The notes under the pieces are model-generated. The model saw nothing but the letters and a program-made list of their open reading frames with translations, was not told the origin of the DNA and searched no databases. The position numbers were made by a program, and so were the translations under genes. From an uncultured virus (IMG/VR IMGVR_UViG_3300025018_000139) (taxonomy: Duplodnaviria; Heunggongvirae; Uroviricota; Caudoviricetes): a stretch of DNA of 64,000 nt. Every line of letters begins with the position of its first letter. Positions within the stretch are counted from its first letter, which is position 1. Below, piece after piece: positions 9,808-20,806 of the stretch. The DNA lies in the IMG/VR virus record IMGVR_UViG_3300025018_000139; one strand, 5' to 3'.

Positions 9808-11418
9808 ATGCTCTCACCAAACGAATGGCAAACGATGGTTCAGTGGGACCGCGAGCCGAGTAAGTACCAATGCGGAATCTTTGATTGGGTCGTAAATGAG
9901 AAGGGCAACGGTATCGTAGACGCTGTTGCTGGCAGCGGCAAATCTTCAAGCATTACTGCTGCCGCTCAGCTCACCGTTGGCGACGGTGTTTACATCGCCT
10001 TTAACAAGGCGATTGTTGATGAAATTGAGCCCAAGCTTAAGGGCACTCAAATGACTGCCCGAACTTCTTATTCTATTGGATTTGGGGCAATTCGATTCTG
10101 TAATCGAAACATCAAAATTCAGGTTGAAGATCCAAAGAAGCAAATCTTCAAGTACAAAACCGTTTTGAATAGCATTGAAAATGATCTTCAAAGGAACGGC
10201 GGTTTCCTGCTTGGACGAAAGCTTTCTTATCATGAATTGATGGAGCTTAAGGGCGGCGAGGAGAATGGAAAAATTCTCCTTCCGGTTGGGCTTATTTTGA
10301 ACCTTTTCAATATTGCAAGGTTGGATCTTGTTGATTTTGAAGGGAATGAATATCCAAACATTCTCTGGGATTTGGCCAATCATCATAATATTGATATTCC
10401 GCCTGATTCGGATCAGGTGGTCAGTGAAATCATTAGGTATCTTGCTGATTACGGAAAGAAGAATATTGGCATCATCGACTTCACCGACATGGTTTGGTTG
10501 CCGCACGTAAATCGATATCAGCCAAAGCGATATTCGTGGGTCTTTGTTGACGAATGCCAAGATACGAGCCCGGCACAACTTTCATTAATTATGAAATGTA
10601 CCAAGCGTGGCGGCCGGATGCTCTTTGTTGGAGATCCTTTCCAGTCAATCAATGGCTTTGCTGGGGCCGATACCAATTCTTTTCAAAAGATTATCAAAAT
10701 CGCCAAGGCAAAGGTTCTTCATCTTTCGGTTTGTTATCGATGTCCGACAAGCGGGATTGAGCTTGCCAAGCAATGGGTGCCTCAAATTGAGGCTCGACCA
10801 GGCGCCCCAGAAGGAACCGTTTCACATATCAAATATGACGAAATGAAAGACATGGTTCGAGAAGGAGATATGATCCTTTGCAGGAAAAATGCTCCTTTGG
10901 TTGGCGCAGCGTTTAGCATCATTTCCAAGGGAATTCCTGCCGTTGTCAAAGGCCGCACGATCGGAGAAGGTCTTACCAAAATCATCAAAAAAATCATGAA
11001 GAACCATAACTTCAAAACCTTTGGAGAGGGAATTGAAGATTGGTTTAATAATGAGAAGAATTTGATTGTTAGCCGAGGCGGAGATAGTGCAGGAATTGAA
11101 CAAAAAATGGTTGCCATTGATGATACCGCAGAATGCTTGCGAATCATTTATCAAAGGGAAGAAGTAAACAGTTTGAATGATATTTTGGATGCTGTTACGG
11201 ATCTTTTCAGCGATCAGCGTTCAAGCGTTACGCTTTCTTCAATTCATCGCTCCAAGGGCTTGGAAAATGATCGAATCTTCCTTCTTGGGTCAACCGAAAT
11301 TAGTTTTCGCGGTCAAAAGGAATGGATGAAACAGCAAGAGGCAAATTTGAGTTATGTTGCGCATACTCGTCACAAAAAGGATCTAGTATATGTTGAAGAA
11401 AAACAAAAACAAAAATAA
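9808..11418 (+). CDS. UvrD/Rep-like superfamily 1 helicase
   Basis: AVAGSGKS (Walker A), VDECQD (Walker B), VGDPFQSINGF, CYRC and SIHRSKGLE motifs. Confidence 0.92.
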   Translation: MLSPNEWQTMVQWDREPSKYQCGIFDWVVNEKGNGIVDAVAGSGKSSSITAAAQLTVGDGVYIAFNKAIVDEIEPKLKGTQMTARTSYSIGFGAIRFCNRNIKIQVEDPKKQIFKYKTVLNSIENDLQRNGGFLLGRKLSYHELMELKGGEENGKILLPVGLILNLFNIARLDLVDFEGNEYPNILWDLANHHNIDIPPDSDQVVSEIIRYLADYGKKNIGIIDFTDMVWLPHVNRYQPKRYSWVFVDECQDTSPAQLSLIMKCTKRGGRMLFVGDPFQSINGFAGADTNSFQKIIKIAKAKVLHLSVCYRCPTSGIELAKQWVPQIEARPGAPEGTVSHIKYDEMKDMVREGDMILCRKNAPLVGAAFSIISKGIPAVVKGRTIGEGLTKIIKKIMKNHNFKTFGEGIEDWFNNEKNLIVSRGGDSAGIEQKMVAIDDTAECLRIIYQREEVNSLNDILDAVTDLFSDQRSSVTLSSIHRSKGLENDRIFLLGSTEISFRGQKEWMKQQEANLSYVAHTRHKKDLVYVEEKQKQK

Positions 11419-11680
11419 ACAAGTTTCAATATGCAAAAATTGCAAATACCTTGGAGAAGGTTTGATTTCATTCCCTAATGGAAATACTAGCACCAACATT
11501 TCTTATGTTTGCACTTTAGAACTTGTAAAAGAACAACAAATAGACCCGGTATCAGGACAAAAAAGTCCTTTTACAGCGATAGCTTGTTATCAAAAAAATA
11601 ATAATGGACAATGTGAAGATTTTGAGGAAGTTGGAATTTTCAAAAAAATATACAGATTTTTTTCATTTGGCAGCATCTAA
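11390..11680 (+). CDS. Cys-rich putative zinc-binding protein
   Basis: CKNCKY...C...C..N.NGQC..F...KKIYRFF, matching the 7953 ORF. Confidence 0.55.
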   Translation: MLKKNKNKNKQVSICKNCKYLGEGLISFPNGNTSTNISYVCTLELVKEQQIDPVSGQKSPFTAIACYQKNNNGQCEDFEEVGIFKKIYRFFSFGSI

Positions 11681-12181
11681 TAATTGTGATACAAGGGTTC
11701 ATGTTCAAAAAAGGCGCACTTAGAGTTTGGCATTTAGATTTGAAGTAGCAGATCTTGAAGGCGCCGATTTGGTGAAATATGGAAGTTATTCTTCAAAGTT
11801 TTTTTTAAAAAACCCAATTGAAGAAGTTGATCATGCACTTCTAAAGCACAATTTTGATCAGATACAGGTGAGGATGTATTCTAGTTGGAACGGTGGATAT
11901 TTAAAAGAATCACTTAAGGTGATTAAGTAATCATTCAAAATAACAAAAGGAAAATAATATGTTTGGAGCAGTAAAACAAAAACTAATCGAAAAAGCAACC
12001 AATTCCGTAATTGGGGTTCTCAAGCGCGACATTACCGCACTCTTGGGAGAGGACGCACGACCGCAAGATATTGATATCATCAATCAGTATTTTGATAGTG
12101 GTGCAGCCTTGGAAAACGTCAAAGACGCACTTACCAAAGCCGGAATTCTTTAACAAAAACCTTAACAAAAACCCTAAACCT

Positions 12182-12233
12182 AAAATGTGCTCAAAACGAC
12201 TAAATTACTTTACGTTTTGAGCACATTTTTATT
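12182..12233 (+). terminator. Intrinsic terminator-like hairpin
   Basis: AAAATGTGCTCAAAACG / CGTTTTGAGCACATTTT 17-bp inverted repeat ending in a T tract. Confidence 0.7.
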
Positions 12234-12795
12234 TGAGAAATAAAATGAAAATCAAAGAAGTTAAAATTAAAAAAGTTATTGAAGATCAATGCAATGGAAA
12301 GAAGAAAATGAGCAAGAATAAATTTTATAAACCAGATTGTATCATTATAGAAGATGATGATCGGCGTCCATTTTTTATTGCATATGAGAATAAGGTTTTC
12401 ATAGGAGGAGACTCCTCTTTGACATGGAAAGAAAAGCAAGATCTAAAAAATATAATAATTTCTATTGCTAGCTTTTATGGTTGGGAGTATGAAAATGCTC
12501 CGAAAATTGACTCTCAAAAGCTTGAGAAAATTATATTTTATATTTTTGACGCAAAAAAATATGACCCTTATCCCCGATGTCCATTGTCCATGTTTTTCGT
12601 CTATAACATAACTGTCAAAAACTATAAAAAAGAGTATTCTGGAGTTGTTTTTGACTTAATTCCATTACCAACCAGAAAGCATGAATTGAAGTTTGGTTGT
12701 TTTAGCATTACTGGCAAAAAAAACATTTTAGAGATTTGTGATGCATTTGCAGAATTGTGGGGTTGGTATCAGCCGTAATATTTGGCGAATGTCAG

Positions 12796-12824
12796 TTGAC
12801 AAGCCATCTTTTGATGCTTAAACT
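12796..12824 (+). promoter_or_regulatory. Sigma70-type promoter
   Basis: TTGACA-N17-TAAACT upstream of a small membrane-protein ATG at 12856. Confidence 0.65.
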
Positions 12825-13307
12825 AGAAGAGAAGCTCTCTAAGAAAGAAGCCAACATGAAATCAAAAACACATTTTTTCTTTCAATTGTTTCTCTATTTT
12901 CTAATGCTATCTGTTACAGTTTATACTGTAGCTATGGATTCATTCTTTTCAATTGAAGGAATTTTTACTACAATTGTTCTAGTCATCATGACATTTCGAA
13001 TGAGCAATTTTTGGGAACAATACAAAAAAGACAAAGAAAAGAAAAAGGATTAAAATATGGAAGACATTAAAGATTTAATTGAAACATTTAAAAAAGAGAA
13101 CCCAGAGACTTTCAAAGAGATCTTTGAAGATATAAAAAAACTAGAAAGAGAGATCTCAGAAACCGAATATCAACAAAAGAAAATTAAATTCAAGATGGAT
13201 AATCTTGAATTTAATTTGAATGAGCTTGAAAAAACAGACTTCAAGCTCATGCATTAGTTAAATTAAAACTACTAAAGAACTCTATAGAAGAAGTAAAAAG
13301 AAAATTT

Positions 13308-13397
13308 ATCTTAAATTAATTTAAGATCAATTTAATTAATTTAAGGGTAATTCATCAATCTTAAATTGTAAACAAATTTAATTAATTTAAATTGATC
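13308..13397. repeat. AT-rich palindromic and direct-repeat cluster
   Basis: 20-bp perfect palindrome 13308-13327; AATTTAATTAATTTAA at 13329 and 13375; GATCAATTTAA/TTAAATTGATC inverted pair. Confidence 0.8.
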
Positions 13398-13431
13398 GAA
13401 GCAAGCCCAGAAGAATCTCTAAGCTTTTCTC

Positions 13432-13461
13432 TTGACAGCTAGAACGCTGATGATGTAGATT
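13432..13461 (+). promoter_or_regulatory. Sigma70-type promoter of the clpB-like gene
   Basis: TTGACA-N18-TAGATT; AAGGA RBS before ATG 13504. Confidence 0.6.
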
Positions 13462-13503
13462 CCAGTAGTCGCTTTCTATAACCAATCAGAACAAGGATAA
13501 CTA

Positions 13504-15993
13504 ATGAAAGACTTTAAACCAGAAAACGTATCAGATTCTGCCCGCAAAATTATTCAGAAAGCAGCAGATCAAGCTAAACTGCTAAAACATTCTGAATTTT
13601 CAACTTTGCATGTTCTTACGACAATTATTCATGATAAGAATGCAAGTCGACTTATCAAGAATGCCGGTGGTTCACTCCACCATATCTCAAAAGAGCTAAA
13701 AGAAAAGTTTTCAACCTTTCCTACGGAAAAGGTAAGAGATCCAAAGCCGAATGCCGACATTCATGAAATGTTGAACATTGCTGCGGGTAAAACCCCAGGC
13801 AAAATTGTTGTTGGGCATCTTATTCTTGCTCTAAAAGAAACTGAAGCCACCAAACATATTTTAGAAGGTCTAAACGAAAATAAGGTGATAGTCTCCCAAG
13901 AGTACGGCGAAGCGCTATCAAAATATTCCAGGGACCTAACACGGCTTGCGAAGCTAGGTTGTCTCGACCCGGTGATCGGTCGTGATGTGGAAGTGCGTCG
14001 AGCGATTCAGACTCTTAGTCGTCGAAATAAAAATAATCCTGTTATTGTCGGAGAGTCTGGGGTTGGTAAAACCAGCATTGTTTATGCAATCGCTCAACGA
14101 ATCGCTGACAACGATGTTCCGAAATCGATTCAGAATCTCTCGATTCTGCAACTTGATCTTTCAAGTATTGTTGCTGGTTCTCAGTATCGTGGACAGTTTG
14201 AAGAGCGCCTAAAGGGAGTAATTCAAGCGGCCTCAGAAGCAAAAGATGTAATTCTTTTCATTGACGATTTGCACACCATTATGGGAACCGGATCGGGAGA
14301 AAGCGGCGGCCAAGATGCTGCTGGTATTCTTAAACCGACTCTGGCAAATGGAGAAATTCGATGCATCGGAGCGACTACAACCGACGCTTACAAGAAAAAT
14401 ATCGAAAAAGATCCCCAGCTAGAGCGACGATTCCAGGCTGTTCGAATTGAAGAGCCTACGGTTGACGAATCAATCTCAATTCTAAGAGGATTGAGGAACA
14501 AATTTCAATCACATCATGGTCTTGAAATTGAAGATTCTGCTCTTGTTGCAGCGGCCAAGCTAAGTGCTCGCTATATTCAGAATCGGTATCTTCCCGATAA
14601 AGCGATTGACTTGATCGATGAAGCATGCGCCGAACTAAAGATGGATATTGAAAGTGTTCCATCTGTAATTGATGAGCGCGAACGAAAAATCAAACGACTC
14701 AACATGGAATTGGAAACGCTGGATAACTCCAGAAAAAACAAGGGTCGTAAGGCTAAGGTTAGGGAAGAAATTTCCAAGATCGAACAAGAAATCTTGGAAA
14801 TGCGAACCCGCTGGACCAAAGAAAAAGAACTAATTGAAGATATCAAAGATGTTTCTGAATCTTTGGATAAAGCGAATGCTACTTCAAGGACCATGGATCA
14901 TAATCGTCTTGCTTTGTTCATGATTAATGAAATCGCTCCTATTGAAAATCGAAAAAACAAAAGCATTGCTGATCTGAAAAAACTTCAGGCTGTTGGATCT
15001 TTTCTTCGGGATAAAGTAACTGAAGAAGACATTGCAAAAGTTGTTTCTTCTTGGACGGGGGTTCCTGCTGAAAAAATGCTTCAACAGAAAACTCAAAAAG
15101 AACTAATGAAAATGGAAGATCGACTACACAGCCGAGTTGTTGGTCAACATCCTGCGATTTCTGCTGTATCTGATGCTATTCGGCAAAGTCGAGCAGGCTT
15201 GACCGACCCCAATGCTCCAATGGGAACATTTTTGTTCATGGGACCTACAGGTACCGGCAAAACCGAATTGGCAAAAGCTTTGGCAGAATTTTTGTTTGAT
15301 GATGAATCTGCCATTGTTCGCCTGGACATGAGCGAATACATGGAAAAGCATGCCGTTTCTAGGCTTGTAGGTTCACCACCAGGCTACGTAGGATATGACG
15401 AGGGTGGGCAGCTCACCGAAGCTGTACGCCATCGCCCCTATTCTCTGGTGCTTCTGGACGAAGTTGAAAAGGCACATCCTGATGTGTGGAATATCATGCT
15501 TCAAGTATTTGATGAAGGACGACTTACTGATACACAAGGCCGAACTGTAGACTTTACAAATACTATCATTCTGCTAACTTCCAATATTGGTTCTGAGCTT
15601 TATTATCAGGATCATGACGAGGATACTCTGGCTGTTCTTCGTGAGAAATTGCTTCAAACCAAGTTCCGCCCAGAATTCATCAATCGAATTGATGGAATTG
15701 TTTACTTTCATCCTCTGTACAAAGAGCATATGATCAATATTCTTGATATTCAAATGCGCTCTGTTCAAAAGAGGCTCAAAGAACGAGATTTGGATCTTAT
15801 TCTTTCTGATAATGCTCGTGAATGGCTTGCTGAAAATGGATATGATCCGAAGTTTGGTGCTCGCCCTCTAAAGAGGCTCATCAAGCAAGAAGTTCTAAAG
15901 CCACTATCCAATTATCTTTTGACCACAAACGTCAAACCTGGAACAATTATCAAAATGGATCTTGAAGGAAATTCGTTGGAGATTGTAAAATAA
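13504..15993 (+). CDS. clpB: ClpB-like Hsp100 AAA+ disaggregase
   Basis: LDPVIGRD, GESGVGKT, YRGQFEERLK, coiled-coil middle domain, GPTGTGKT, GSPPGYVGY, LLDEVEKAHP and FGARPL motifs. Confidence 0.95.
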   Translation: MKDFKPENVSDSARKIIQKAADQAKLLKHSEFSTLHVLTTIIHDKNASRLIKNAGGSLHHISKELKEKFSTFPTEKVRDPKPNADIHEMLNIAAGKTPGKIVVGHLILALKETEATKHILEGLNENKVIVSQEYGEALSKYSRDLTRLAKLGCLDPVIGRDVEVRRAIQTLSRRNKNNPVIVGESGVGKTSIVYAIAQRIADNDVPKSIQNLSILQLDLSSIVAGSQYRGQFEERLKGVIQAASEAKDVILFIDDLHTIMGTGSGESGGQDAAGILKPTLANGEIRCIGATTTDAYKKNIEKDPQLERRFQAVRIEEPTVDESISILRGLRNKFQSHHGLEIEDSALVAAAKLSARYIQNRYLPDKAIDLIDEACAELKMDIESVPSVIDERERKIKRLNMELETLDNSRKNKGRKAKVREEISKIEQEILEMRTRWTKEKELIEDIKDVSESLDKANATSRTMDHNRLALFMINEIAPIENRKNKSIADLKKLQAVGSFLRDKVTEEDIAKVVSSWTGVPAEKMLQQKTQKELMKMEDRLHSRVVGQHPAISAVSDAIRQSRAGLTDPNAPMGTFLFMGPTGTGKTELAKALAEFLFDDESAIVRLDMSEYMEKHAVSRLVGSPPGYVGYDEGGQLTEAVRHRPYSLVLLDEVEKAHPDVWNIMLQVFDEGRLTDTQGRTVDFTNTIILLTSNIGSELYYQDHDEDTLAVLREKLLQTKFRPEFINRIDGIVYFHPLYKEHMINILDIQMRSVQKRLKERDLDLILSDNAREWLAENGYDPKFGARPLKRLIKQEVLKPLSNYLLTTNVKPGTIIKMDLEGNSLEIVK

Positions 15994-16518
15994 ATTCTTC
16001 TCCTCACAAAGAAAGAATAACAAATGGGAAAAGAAGAAACAAATCTAGAAATCGAATCCTTAAAAAAACAATTAAGCTTAACTCAAGCTGAATTGCAAGA
16101 TCATAAAGATGCAATTAAACGTTGTGTTGAATATGCAGAAACACTTATCTCTCACCTTCCAAGAGACTATATTGAACGCAAATTAGATGAAGAATACAAA
16201 GTTGATAGCTTGGGCAGAATTCTTTATACTATTGAAAATGAAAAAACTAAGGAGCTAGAAAACATTCCAAGTAGTGATTTTGTATTATTTGCCATGCTTT
16301 CAACACTTTCATGGATTCAAGATCTTGAAATGTCATTGGGACAAATTAGATCACTTGTAAAAAATGGATTTCTTGGAGAAGAACCTCTAACTTGCCAAGA
16401 CGGAAGACCTGTAAGAAACGCCAACAATTTAGGATTTGCAAGACCAATTGATGTAATTCTTGATGTGTCGGTCGAAATTGCAAGACTTTCACGAGGGTTG
16501 CCAAGAGAAGATGACTAA

Positions 16519-16833
16519 ATGCTTGTTATAAAAATTGAACTTTGGCCATTTGGCCAAGAAAGCAACAAAAGGGAACTTGGTAGGACTTACATCTATAATA
16601 ATGGAGAAGGGACTTCAGAAATTGGAGAGTACGAAGTTCGAGTTTGTAGAAATAAGCATAAAGGAGGAGAGTATGGCCCTCCGACCAAAGAGCTTCTTTA
16701 TGATGGAAAGGGAGCGTCAAGAACGGGCGAAGTCAAAAATTACCCAAGGAAAAGGCTAAACGTTTGGCAACTTGTGATAAGATCGCTGTTGTCAGCATTT
16801 CCAGAGGAATTAAATAAAAATGGAAAACAGTGA
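16519..16833 (+). CDS. Conserved phage hypothetical protein
   Basis: MLVIKIELWP...G...I.N.G.GT...G.Y pattern recalled from phage hypotheticals. Confidence 0.55.
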   Translation: MLVIKIELWPFGQESNKRELGRTYIYNNGEGTSEIGEYEVRVCRNKHKGGEYGPPTKELLYDGKGASRTGEVKNYPRKRLNVWQLVIRSLLSAFPEELNKNGKQ

Positions 16834-17225
16834 TCAAGAAATCATAGACTCAACGGATAGGTGGAAACAACAAGAGCATGAAAGAGAGATGAGAAAAATC
16901 AATCTCAGACATGAGCGACAAACTTTATTTATTAGCACAATTAGAGATTTTTTTAGAAGTGATAATTTTATTTGGATAAGTGTTATTCTTGGAATTGTAG
17001 CAATTGTTGGGAGTTTGACATTTTCATGCACTAAGCCACAAAAAGATCCTTTGGTGGAAATTGATTGCTCAAAGGCTGATGTAGAAAAAATAAAAGAGCT
17101 ATTTGAACATTGTAGAGGTGAAGAGACAGCATTAGCCAATAGAAAAAATTGCATTTCAAACATCGAAAATTCAATGTGCGAAAAAAGGGTAATAAAAGAT
17201 TATTCTGTTGAAATGAGAGCAATGG

Positions 17226-18374
17226 ATGCCATCAAGGAATAGTATTGTGAAAATTCCTTATCTTAACTTAAAAGACATTAATAAAAAATACAAAAAAGCA
17301 TTTTACAAGAAGCTAGATGACATTTTTGAAACATCTTCTTTTGTTGGAGGGAAGTATCTTGAAGAATTTGAAAATAAATTTTCAAAAATAAATGGTTCAA
17401 AATATTCTTTGGGAACATCTTGTGGGACTGATTGTCTATCTTTGATTCTTAGAGGATTGGACCTAAACAAAGATGAAGGATACATATACTACCCAGAGAA
17501 TACATTTATAGGAACAATTTTGGGTGGTCTTCAACTCGGATATAAGTTCAAGCATTACCCAGTAAATGAAAAAACTCAAAATGCAGATTCTAAGTCTCTA
17601 GAATTCATAGGAAATGATGCGATAGCGGTTATTGTAGTTTATCTTTATGGGCATTCTATCAAAGCTATAGAAGACTTTTCTTATCATTGCAAACTAAAAA
17701 AAATTCCATTAATAGAAGACTGTTCGCAATCTCATTTCCAAGAGATTAATGGCACAAAGGTTGGAAATTTTGGAGATGTTTCATTCTTCTCTTTGTTTCC
17801 GGGAAAAAACATTGGAGCAATAGGTGATGCAGGAGTCATTTGTACAAACAGCGAAATTTTGCAGCAATCCATTTCTCCTTTGAGAACATATGGAATGCAT
17901 AAAAAACATGAATATTCTGGGATGGGATTTAATCATAGAATGGATTCGATTCAGGCAGCTTTTCTATTAGAAAAGCTAAATGATTACAAATTTATTCTTG
18001 ACAGAAGACGAGAAATAGCAAAAAGGTATATTGAAGCCTTTAAGGGACTAGAAAAAATAAAAACTATCTTGCCAACAACTCAAAATGTTGACAAAATTGA
18101 AAACTTAAGTGCTTGGCATGTTTTTTGCCTAGATGTCTTAGATGAAAAGAATAGAAATGGATTAATTGAATATTTATCAGAAAAAGGAATTGCAACAAAT
18201 ATTCATTATCCTGTAATGATACATGAAGTAGATTGCTGGAAAGAACAAATCGGGTCAGAAATTTGTACCAACGATTTTGGAAAAAGAGTTCTTAGCATTC
18301 CTTGCAATGAAGGGATGACAGATGAAGATATTGATTTTGTTATTAGTGAAATAAAGAATTGGAGCGTATTATGA
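17226..18374 (+). CDS. DegT/DnrJ/EryC1/StrS PLP-dependent sugar aminotransferase
   Basis: IEDCSQSH, FSLFPGKNIGAIGDAG (PLP lysine) and GFNHRMDSIQAA; true start may be GTG slightly downstream. Confidence 0.92.
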   Translation: MPSRNSIVKIPYLNLKDINKKYKKAFYKKLDDIFETSSFVGGKYLEEFENKFSKINGSKYSLGTSCGTDCLSLILRGLDLNKDEGYIYYPENTFIGTILGGLQLGYKFKHYPVNEKTQNADSKSLEFIGNDAIAVIVVYLYGHSIKAIEDFSYHCKLKKIPLIEDCSQSHFQEINGTKVGNFGDVSFFSLFPGKNIGAIGDAGVICTNSEILQQSISPLRTYGMHKKHEYSGMGFNHRMDSIQAAFLLEKLNDYKFILDRRREIAKRYIEAFKGLEKIKTILPTTQNVDKIENLSAWHVFCLDVLDEKNRNGLIEYLSEKGIATNIHYPVMIHEVDCWKEQIGSEICTNDFGKRVLSIPCNEGMTDEDIDFVISEIKNWSVL

Positions 18375-19186
18375 TTGGCTTGCTTGGTTGCGGATATTGG
18401 GGAAAAATTCTTTCTAACAATCAGTCTTTTGATGTAGTATACGACCCAGCATATCCAGAGATATCAAATGTTAAATCGTCTGACTTGTTATTTGAGAAGT
18501 GTAAATCGGTTTTCGTTGCGACACCATTTGATACCCATTACTCGCTTGTAAAAAAGGCCCTAATGTACGGATGCGATGTTTTTTGCGAGAAGCCTCTTTG
18601 CAAAACAACAAGCCAGGTTGCAGAACTTTTTGAAGTGGCAAATAAAGCTTCTAAAAAGCTTCACGTAGACTGGATTTACACATATAATCCATATATTTTG
18701 TGGGTTTTAAATCGATTCAAATCAGGAATTTGTGGAGATTTAATATCAATAAAGATTGATAGATTGAACACGCAAAAAGTAAGATCTGATGCAAATGCCG
18801 TATCAGATCTTATGTGTCATGATATATCAATTTTGAATTTATTCTCAGAATCTTGTAGCTTTTCAAGCATAAAAAGAATTAATCAAAATAACGCATTTGG
18901 TTTTTTTGAATTGGAAGTTGATAACAAAAATTTTCATGCCTTGGTTCATGATTCTGGGAATTATCCAATTAAACAAATCAAGATTTATTTTCAATTTGAA
19001 AAAGAAATAATTATATTTGATGATGCATTGAAAATTATGAGCATAAATGGTAAAGAACAACATTTGTCATTTAATAGTCCTTTATCTGAATCAATAAAGT
19101 ATTTCATGTCAAATGACTTTAAAGACATTAATAAAAAATCATTTGACATGACACATAGAGTAACAAAATATATTGAGGTATTTTAG
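18371..19186 (+). CDS. Gfo/Idh/MocA-family oxidoreductase
   Basis: IGLLGCGYWG, VATPFDTH, VFCEKP and DLMCHD motifs. Confidence 0.88.
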   Translation: MIGLLGCGYWGKILSNNQSFDVVYDPAYPEISNVKSSDLLFEKCKSVFVATPFDTHYSLVKKALMYGCDVFCEKPLCKTTSQVAELFEVANKASKKLHVDWIYTYNPYILWVLNRFKSGICGDLISIKIDRLNTQKVRSDANAVSDLMCHDISILNLFSESCSFSSIKRINQNNAFGFFELEVDNKNFHALVHDSGNYPIKQIKIYFQFEKEIIIFDDALKIMSINGKEQHLSFNSPLSESIKYFMSNDFKDINKKSFDMTHRVTKYIEVF

Positions 19187-19937
19187 CGTGACAATACATA
19201 AAACAGCAATTTTAAATGGTAACATCAAAATTGGAAAAAATGTATCAATAGGTGCTTATTCAATATTGGATGGAAACATTGAAATTGGAGATGATACTTC
19301 AATTGGCAACCATGTTGGAATATATAATGATGTTGTAATTGGAAAAAAGAACAAGATATATAACATGGTTTCAATTGGAACCCTTGGAGAAATGACATTC
19401 AAGGGAGATGTAAAGCCTGTTGGCGGATTGATCGAAATAGGCGATCAGAATACAATTAGAGAATTTGTAACAATTCATTTTCCTTCTGTTTCCAAAAGAA
19501 CAAAAATTGGTTCAAAATGCTATATTACATCAAAAAGTCACATCCCACATGATGCAGTATTAGGAGATCATGTTATTATGGCCCATGCAATAATAGGAGG
19601 TTCTTGCATTGTTGAAGATCATGCATTTATTGGCTTAAACTCTGTAACGCATCAAGGTTTAACGATTGGAGAATCTGCCATGGTTGGAATGGGAAGCGTG
19701 AATACAAAACATGTTTTGCCATTTTCAGTTGTTGTTGGAAATCCGTCCAAATATCTAAGATTCAATTTTCTAAGTGCAGAAAGAAGAGGATTTACTTCTT
19801 TTGAAATAAATTATATAAAAGATTTTAATCCACAAATTCGCTACAATTATCATAAGCACAATAGGCCACTAGAATCAATAAAGGCTTTTATAGAAAAGTA
19901 TAAAATTGAAAATTGTATAATTCAAGATTTTATATAA
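19173..19937 (+). CDS. LpxA-like hexapeptide acyl/acetyltransferase
   Basis: Beta-helix repeats, IGDQNTIREFVTIH, SHIPHD and VVGNP motifs. Confidence 0.85.
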   Translation: MRYFSVTIHKTAILNGNIKIGKNVSIGAYSILDGNIEIGDDTSIGNHVGIYNDVVIGKKNKIYNMVSIGTLGEMTFKGDVKPVGGLIEIGDQNTIREFVTIHFPSVSKRTKIGSKCYITSKSHIPHDAVLGDHVIMAHAIIGGSCIVEDHAFIGLNSVTHQGLTIGESAMVGMGSVNTKHVLPFSVVVGNPSKYLRFNFLSAERRGFTSFEINYIKDFNPQIRYNYHKHNRPLESIKAFIEKYKIENCIIQDFI

Positions 19938-20752
19938 TTTCCGAACAAAGAATATCCCAAATGATCTTCTTCTAATATATCAATTAGTTCTTGAGCTTCT
20001 TTAGGGTGTTCTGAGTAGCTCATATCACGTTTTCCATACATTTTTAATTTTTTTAAATATGCTTTTTTCATTGTATCATCAATTGACAATTTTTCATCCC
20101 ATTCTTTATGAATTTTAATTTTTCTTAGAATATCTTCTTTTGTAAAAAACCAAGTTTCATAAGAAAACATTTGATTTTCCCACAAAGAAACTAGTCCCTT
20201 TGCTTTTTGAGAGCCAGATAATTTTATTTCATTTGCAATTTTATTCCATTTTATTTCTTCATTGAATTTTATTGCAGAATAAATACTAAAAGAAGAAAAG
20301 TTTCTTTTTATTTCTCTAACATCTTTTGTTGGAACTTTTACAAATGGCAAATTAAAAAAATTATACTGATTAGACTTAATTAAATTTTTTGTTTTTTGTA
20401 AAATTTCAAAACCCAATTTTTCTGACCATATATTGTCACTTGACAATATAAAAACAATACATTTTCTATTTAGATTATTGAAAAAGTCTAAGCAGAATTC
20501 ATATTGCTTTACCATTACATCTTGAGATATTTCTTCAGTGTTCCATTTAGGAGATGTTATAAAATTTACTTTTTCTATATCTGAATGCTTTTCAACTGTA
20601 TCATCGGTCGAATCTCCATTAAAAGCATAGATTTTATCTACGAAATCAAATTTATTCCAAGATTCCATGGCTTTATGCGATACAGGAAAGTATTTGTTTT
20701 TTACTAAATTTGTAGTAAAAACACAACAATAAATTTCGTAACCATTAATCAT
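19922..20752 (-). CDS. Putative GT-A-fold glycosyltransferase
   Basis: FVDKIYAFNGDSTDDT resembles the GT2 N-terminal motif; adjacent to the sugar cluster. Confidence 0.55.
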   Translation of the reverse strand: MINGYEIYCCVFTTNLVKNKYFPVSHKAMESWNKFDFVDKIYAFNGDSTDDTVEKHSDIEKVNFITSPKWNTEEISQDVMVKQYEFCLDFFNNLNRKCIVFILSSDNIWSEKLGFEILQKTKNLIKSNQYNFFNLPFVKVPTKDVREIKRNFSSFSIYSAIKFNEEIKWNKIANEIKLSGSQKAKGLVSLWENQMFSYETWFFTKEDILRKIKIHKEWDEKLSIDDTMKKAYLKKLKMYGKRDMSYSEHPKEAQELIDILEEDHLGYSLFGNYIKS

Positions 20753-20806
20753 AAATTATATGATCTCAGATATTTAAAAAAAGTAAATATTAGAATTTTA
20801 TTTTGG

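Noticed and set aside
9946..15768. Antisense and alternate-frame ORFs inside the helicase and clpB genes (and similar ones elsewhere)
   Set aside because: They overlap well-supported genes and have no recognisable motifs
19173..19937. LpxA-like gene as a ninth member of the repeat family
   Set aside because: It lacks the family head and tail and has ordinary acyltransferase motifs in a sugar operon
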